64,000 nucleotides of DNA from Myxococcota bacterium (GTDB lineage Bacteria > Myxococcota > JAJVIH01), in the NCBI GenBank assembly GCA_022072125.1, contig JAJVIH010000016.1, positions 29,081-93,080 on the forward strand. The letters run 5' to 3'. The notes under the pieces are model-generated. The model was not told the origin of the DNA and searched no databases. It worked only from the letters and a program-made list of their open reading frames with translations. The position numbers and the translations under genes are program-made. Every line of letters begins with the position of its first letter. The stretch's first letter is position 1. Positions 58,861 to 64,000 of the stretch are shown piece by piece.

Positions 58861-59859
58861 ATGAGCGCGATCATTCTGCCCAAACCCGATCGTCTGAGCC
58901 CGCTGGCCCGCCGCGTCCTGCGCGCCAGGGGACAAACCGCGCCGCCGGTGAAGGGCTCCGGCTTTCTGGGCCGTGTGACCCTGGCCGATCTGGAAGGCAG
59001 GGCCGCTCCTCCTCCCGCTCCCCCCGCGCCGTCGGCCGCGGCTTCCGCTGTCTCCGCCGCCCCATCCGCGAGAGCGGCGCCGCCATTGCCCGCCGCGGTG
59101 AAGCCCAGGGAGCCGCTGACCATGCTGGGCTCTCCGGTTCCACCTGAAGAAGCCGCCGCCTGCGGCCCGGACGCCGAAGTGCGCCGCATGCCGCCCATGC
59201 GCAAGACCATCGCCGCCAACATGATCGAGTCCAAGCGCACGAGCGCTCATGTCAACTCCTTCTGGGAAGCGGATATGGAGCGCATCGCCCGCCACCGCGA
59301 CGCGGCGAAGGATCGTTTCAAGGAGCGGCAGGGAACTTCATTGACCTTTCTCGCCTATATCGCCCGCGCGGTGGCCTGGTCCCTGGCCCGGCATCCCTAC
59401 GTCAACTGCTCGGTCAGTGGAACGGACATCGTGTTTCACAAGCACGTCAACCTCGGCATCGCCGTCGCGCTGGATCAGGGATTGATCGTGCCGGTCATCC
59501 GCCGCGCCGAGGAACTCAACACCACCGGCCTGGCGCGGGCGATCGCCGATCTGGCGGCGCGGGCGCGCAACCGCAAGCTCCAGCCGCAGGATGTCCAGGG
59601 CGGCACCTTCACCATCACCAACATCGGCAGCTTTGGAAATTCCACCGGCATGCCCATCATCAACCAGCCGCAAACCGCCATCCTGGCGGCGGGCGCCATC
59701 CGCAAACAGCTTGTGGCGCTGAATGACAGCGATGTGGCGATCCACCATGTGCTCAAGATGAGCCTGTCCTTTGATCACCGCGTCATTGACGGATCCGCCG
59801 CGGATCTCTTTCTCGGCGACGTGAAAAAATTCCTGGAAGGCTGGAACGAGGGACTCTGA
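58861..59859 (+). CDS. Dihydrolipoamide acyltransferase (E2) lacking a lipoyl domain
   Basis: Starts directly with the E3-binding motif SPLARR...GSGFLGRVTLADL; catalytic GGTFTITNIG, PIINQPQ, LSFDHRVIDG; start 58849 or 58861. Confidence 0.88.
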   Translation: MSAIILPKPDRLSPLARRVLRARGQTAPPVKGSGFLGRVTLADLEGRAAPPPAPPAPSAAASAVSAAPSARAAPPLPAAVKPREPLTMLGSPVPPEEAAACGPDAEVRRMPPMRKTIAANMIESKRTSAHVNSFWEADMERIARHRDAAKDRFKERQGTSLTFLAYIARAVAWSLARHPYVNCSVSGTDIVFHKHVNLGIAVALDQGLIVPVIRRAEELNTTGLARAIADLAARARNRKLQPQDVQGGTFTITNIGSFGNSTGMPIINQPQTAILAAGAIRKQLVALNDSDVAIHHVLKMSLSFDHRVIDGSAADLFLGDVKKFLEGWNEGL

Positions 59860-59902
59860 TGACGGCGGGCGGCGGTGAGAATTTGATTGCGGGAGCGGCG
59901 TC

Positions 59903-60937
59903 ATGAGCAACGGCAAACCATCCCGCGGGGAACAACTGGGGGCGCTCCTGACGGCGGACGACAGCCCGCAACGGCGGGCCTTTGTATCCATCGCGGTGGA
60001 CGCCCTGCTCGACACCCCCGTGAACCAGTTGCTGGACGCGGGAGAAATCAGCGAGTGGATCACCCTGCTGCTGGCCGAAGCCCCCATGCGCCGGGCCCTC
60101 CGCCTGCATGTCCGGCCCGGCTGGGATCGCGCCCGCGAACGGGCCCGGCAAAGCGGCGAAACCCTGGGCGATTGGGTTCCGGAAGGCGCCGGAGATGAAA
60201 TCGCTGCGCTGATCGCGCACCGGCCGCAACCCAAATTCGAGTGGCTCAAGGGAGCGTTGGATGGCGCGCTGGTCCAGCAGCTCGTCGCTCCGGTGCTTCA
60301 GGAAACCCTGGTCAGCTTTGTGCAGAAGGTGCGTTTGCCGGTGGGCGACGGCGCTCCCGCGGCGGCGGTCGGCGCCGCCATTGGCGGCGTGGCGGGCCTG
60401 CTGAAAAAGCAGGTGGAGAAAAACGCCGATCTGATCAAGGCCGTGGGTAAGGGTGTGATGGGCAGTCTGGGCGCCGAGATGGAATCGCGCCTGCAGGAAA
60501 TGGCGAAGGATTTCAGCCGCACCGCCTCGAAGCAGATGCAGGAGTCTTTCCAGGCCCGCGTCAACAGTCCGGAAGGCCGGAAGCTGGTGAAGGAAATCCA
60601 GTCCAGGTTCCTCGATCATCTGGCGAAAACCCCCGTGCAGGTGATCCTCGACGACCTGTCCGTGCTGCCTTTTGACCGCATGGATGAACTGAATATCCGC
60701 ATCAACGCCCACAACGCCGGGCGAGACGGCTTCCGGGCGGCGTTGCGCGCGGAAGCGGAAGCCGTGCTGGCGGCCGAGAGCGGCAAGACCCTGCGCGCCA
60801 TCCTCCAGGAAACCGGCCAGATCGATGATTTCCTGCGGCTGGCGCCGCCGCCGGCGGATCGCCTGGCGCGCGCCATCTTCGCCTCTCCGGCTTTTTCCGC
60901 CTGGCTGAATGATTTGATCGAATCCGCCGCGGAATGA
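59903..60937 (+). CDS. Hypothetical alpha-helical protein
   Basis: GGAG RBS; 344-aa ORF with codon usage like its neighbours; helical, Leu-rich. Confidence 0.7.
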   Translation: MSNGKPSRGEQLGALLTADDSPQRRAFVSIAVDALLDTPVNQLLDAGEISEWITLLLAEAPMRRALRLHVRPGWDRARERARQSGETLGDWVPEGAGDEIAALIAHRPQPKFEWLKGALDGALVQQLVAPVLQETLVSFVQKVRLPVGDGAPAAAVGAAIGGVAGLLKKQVEKNADLIKAVGKGVMGSLGAEMESRLQEMAKDFSRTASKQMQESFQARVNSPEGRKLVKEIQSRFLDHLAKTPVQVILDDLSVLPFDRMDELNIRINAHNAGRDGFRAALRAEAEAVLAAESGKTLRAILQETGQIDDFLRLAPPPADRLARAIFASPAFSAWLNDLIESAAE

Positions 60938-61050
60938 CGAAATGGTCCGTGGACCGGGCCGGTTGCGCCGGCGTCCGCCTGCCGGTTGACCTTTTCCCGG
61001 GAAGGTACATACTGGTTGCGTCACGGACGGGTTCGAAGGAGAAGATCATC

Positions 61051-62079
61051 ATGGCGGATCCAGTCATTCTTCGGACAGTAAAATGGGGTGTCGCGGTCTC
61101 CGCGCTGGCGCTGGGCGCCTGTGGCGGCGGGACCGCGCCGGAAAGCGCCATCGCGGTATCCAAATCCGCTCTGGGAGGCGATGCCTTCGCCATGGTCGCC
61201 GGGCTATTCGAGCCCGCGCAGCCGCCACGGATACGCCCCTCCGCCGCAGGCGAATCCACCCCCGGGCAGTACTGGGCGCTGGATGGCGTCCAGGTCGAGG
61301 AACTGGCGCTGGGGGTTTATCCCAACGGCGATCTGTCCGTGGATCGCGGCGAGATTTGGTTCGCCGATACGGGTCTGGACGCCATTTTCCGGCTGAAGGA
61401 TGGACAGCCGGAACTGGCGCTCAAGCTGGCGGAAGACATCTCCACCTTCAAGGTCGAGAACCAGCGCGTGTGGGTCAGCACCTACGCGCCGGAGGGCGTC
61501 TCCATGTTGCGTTCGTTCGAGTTGAACGGCGAACAGCGGGAGACCATCGCCCTCGACTCCACCGGAGACTCCTTCCTGACCGTGCTGGATATCGCCGAGG
61601 CGCCCGACGGGGCATGGCTGATCGCCGGGGCCGATTCCAGCCCCGATCCGGATCGCCTGACCATCCTCTCCGCCGAAAGCGGCGTGGACATGGTATCCGC
61701 TCCCGGCGTGATGGAGGATATCGCCGCCACGGCCTGGTGGAATGGGCATGATGTCATTGCGGTGCGGCGCTTCGAGACCCAGGGACCCGTGCTGGCCTTC
61801 AGCGATGGACAACCCATCGCCGCGTCCGTTTCGCTTCCCGCGCCCGGCCCCCATGGCGAAGCCGGTCTGGCGGCGGACTCCGCGGGAGCGCTCTATTACG
61901 TATCCCCGCGCTCCAATATGCTCTACCGCCTGCGGGAGACGGACCAGGAAGCCGTTCCGGTGGCGGGTGGATTTCATGCGCCCACGGATGTGGTTTACGA
62001 CGGCGAGAACCACCGGCTGATCGTGGCCTGCGCCGATCGAATCGTATCGGTCCGCCTGCCCTCCGCGGCGGGGATGTAA
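61051..62079 (+). CDS. Hypothetical acidic lipoprotein, probable beta-propeller
   Basis: AAGGAG RBS; lipobox LGAC; NHL/SMP-30-like blades (IWFADTGLDAIFRL, GLAADSAGALYY, APTDVVYD). Confidence 0.7.
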   Translation: MADPVILRTVKWGVAVSALALGACGGGTAPESAIAVSKSALGGDAFAMVAGLFEPAQPPRIRPSAAGESTPGQYWALDGVQVEELALGVYPNGDLSVDRGEIWFADTGLDAIFRLKDGQPELALKLAEDISTFKVENQRVWVSTYAPEGVSMLRSFELNGEQRETIALDSTGDSFLTVLDIAEAPDGAWLIAGADSSPDPDRLTILSAESGVDMVSAPGVMEDIAATAWWNGHDVIAVRRFETQGPVLAFSDGQPIAASVSLPAPGPHGEAGLAADSAGALYYVSPRSNMLYRLRETDQEAVPVAGGFHAPTDVVYDGENHRLIVACADRIVSVRLPSAAGM

Positions 62080-62419
62080 ACGTCCCGCGCCGTCCGCACG
62101 CTCCAATTCCTTCGCTTCCCCGGGGGAAGGGCGGAGGTCTTCGCCCTTCGCGTGGCCCGTGTGATCCCCGCCAGGTGACGGACAACAGCCCGCGCATTTC
62201 CTCCCCTGCCCGCGCGGCGGGCGGGGGCTCATTTGATCCGGGCGCGCCCCCGGACCCTTGATGATTGGCCGGCAATGCCGTACACCCTCACGGGCCGCTG
62301 GAGGCGCGGGAGGGAACCGGGCTGGAATGGCGTCATTCCCCGTGCGCGTCCGCCAAATCCGATTATGCCAGACAGGTGAAAATCCGGGCGGCGTTCGTCC
62401 GGATGCGAGGAGAGGACCG

Positions 62420-64000
62420 ATGCAGGCTACCATCACCAAAGGAATGCTCATGGTCATTGCAGCCACCGCCGCCGCGCAAGCCGCGGACAGTCCATCCGCC
62501 ACCCCGATCCAGCACCGCGCCTTCGAGTATGTGACGCGATCGAAGGATGGCAAGATCGTCGAGTACCGGCACAAGAAGAACGGCATTCAGGTCCTGGTGG
62601 CGGAAAACCACGCGGCGCCGGTGGCGACCTTCATGGTGACCTATAAGGTAGGCTCCCGCAACGAGGCGGTGGGCCATACCGGATCCACTCACCTGCTCGA
62701 ACACCTGATGTTCAAGGGATCGGACCGCTTCAACAAAAAAGCGGGCACCTCGATTGACAACACGCTGCGCCCGATTGGCGCGCAGTTCAACGCCACCACC
62801 TGGAACGATCGCACCAACTACTTCGCCACGCTGCCGTCGTCCAGGCTGGAGATGTACGTGGACATGGAAGCGGATCGCATGACCAACGCCTGGATCCGCG
62901 AGGAAGATCGCCGCGACGAAATGACCGTGGTGCGCAACGAACTGGAACGCGGTGAAAACGATTTCAACGAGGTGCTGTCCAACAACCTGTATGCGCACGC
63001 CTTCAAGGCCCATCCCTATCACCACCCGACCATCGGATGGGTCAGCGATGTCGAAAACGTCAGTATCGAGCGGCTGCGCCAGTTCTACCGGGAGTTCTAT
63101 CACCCGGCCAACGCCTCGCTGATCTTCGCGGGGGATGTCACCGTGAAGCAGGCGCTGGATCTGTCGGAAAAATATTTCGGCAAGATCAGGAATCCGAAGA
63201 ACCCTCCGCCGAAGGTGTACACCACCGAACCGGAACAGCAGGGAGAAATCCGCTTCACCATCGAGCGCGACGCCCCCGCCGCCCATGTGATGATCGGCTA
63301 CCGCACCCCGCCGTCGCTGCACGAAGACACCTACGCCCTGCTGGTGCTGGACGCCATCATGTCGGGCGCCTACGGTTCCAAGGTAACCAGCCGCCTTTAC
63401 CAGGCGTTGATGGAGACCCAACTGGCGACCGAGTTTTACTCCAATCCGGATTTGTTCCACGACGAAGGCTTGTTCAAGCTCTACGCGGCGGGCCGTCCCG
63501 GAGTCCACCAGGCGGCGCTGGAACAGAAACTGCTGGAGGTCGTGGATGATATCCGCCGCAATGGCGTGCGCGCCGATGAAGTGGTGAAGGCGAAAAATCA
63601 GACCGCGGCGGCGTTCGTATACGCCCAGGAGGGAACCACCGGCCTCGCATTCAACCTGAGCGAGTCGGTGGCGCGCGGCGACTGGCGCTTCTATGAAACC
63701 TATCTGGAAAAGGTGAACAAGGTGACGGTGGATGATGTCAAGCGCGTCGCCAACAAGTACCTGGTTCCGCGCAACCGCACCGTGGGCGTGCTGCTGCCTC
63801 CGCTGGATGGACAAGGCGGCGGATCCGGGGGGCATGGACATGGTTCCGGCGGCCTCGCCTCCCGTTCGCGGGACTGGAGCGGCGTGGCGCTGCCCATCGG
63901 CTACAAGAACGCCATGGAGCATGCGGGGGGGCCGCGTTTTCTGCTGCCGCCATCCCGCGACGATTTTCCGGCGATTCCCGCCGCGTCCCCGCCTCCAGCG
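62420..64000 (+). CDS. M16 family zinc peptidase (pitrilysin-like), partial
   Basis: Manual translation from ATG 62420: signal peptide, NGIQVLV, YKVGSRNE..TGSTHLLEHLMFKG (HxxEH), NATT..DRTNY, HPYHHPTIG; open to window end. Confidence 0.92.
   Translation, partial: MQATITKGMLMVIAATAAAQAADSPSATPIQHRAFEYVTRSKDGKIVEYRHKKNGIQVLVAENHAAPVATFMVTYKVGSRNEAVGHTGSTHLLEHLMFKGSDRFNKKAGTSIDNTLRPIGAQFNATTWNDRTNYFATLPSSRLEMYVDMEADRMTNAWIREEDRRDEMTVVRNELERGENDFNEVLSNNLYAHAFKAHPYHHPTIGWVSDVENVSIERLRQFYREFYHPANASLIFAGDVTVKQALDLSEKYFGKIRNPKNPPPKVYTTEPEQQGEIRFTIERDAPAAHVMIGYRTPPSLHEDTYALLVLDAIMSGAYGSKVTSRLYQALMETQLATEFYSNPDLFHDEGLFKLYAAGRPGVHQAALEQKLLEVVDDIRRNGVRADEVVKAKNQTAAAFVYAQEGTTGLAFNLSESVARGDWRFYETYLEKVNKVTVDDVKRVANKYLVPRNRTVGVLLPPLDGQGGGSGGHGHGSGGLASRSRDWSGVALPIGYKNAMEHAGGPRFLLPPSRDDFPAIPAASPPPA

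Noticed and set aside
62363-63922. 519-aa minus-strand ORF
   Set aside because: Shadow of the + strand M16 peptidase carrying HLLEH.

Overview
GC-rich bacterial chromosome segment. The mevalonate genes, a GYF/AgmX-type protein, a myxosortase-like CPBP protease and many Cys-rich or acidic-stalk lipoproteins point to Myxococcota or a related deltaproteobacterial lineage (inference). Housekeeping content includes tRNA-Gly(CCC), spoVR, DUF58/BatA, rlmN, mtnP, a solo groES, a Fur/PerR regulator, panD, dnaB, sfsA, icd-mdh, mvaD, a frameshifted phosphomevalonate kinase, hemC and a 2-oxoacid dehydrogenase operon. No transposase, integrase, phage or CRISPR was seen. Four signals stand out. (1) A candidate oriC at ~2180-2350 (DnaA-box pair, GC cluster, DnaA-trios, AT run) with no dnaA visible; a sigma54-driven 63-aa ORF is transcribed into it, and a perfect parS lies at 18189. 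(2) A cobalamin riboswitch controlling three exported proteins (duplicated-domain lipoprotein, BtuH-like protein, Tat Rieske protein) with no transporter. (3) An operon of two di-heme CcP/MauG/RoxA-superfamily lipoproteins plus an unknown internally duplicated lipoprotein. (4) An E2 subunit with no lipoyl domain. All calls come from reading motifs by eye; no database searches were run.
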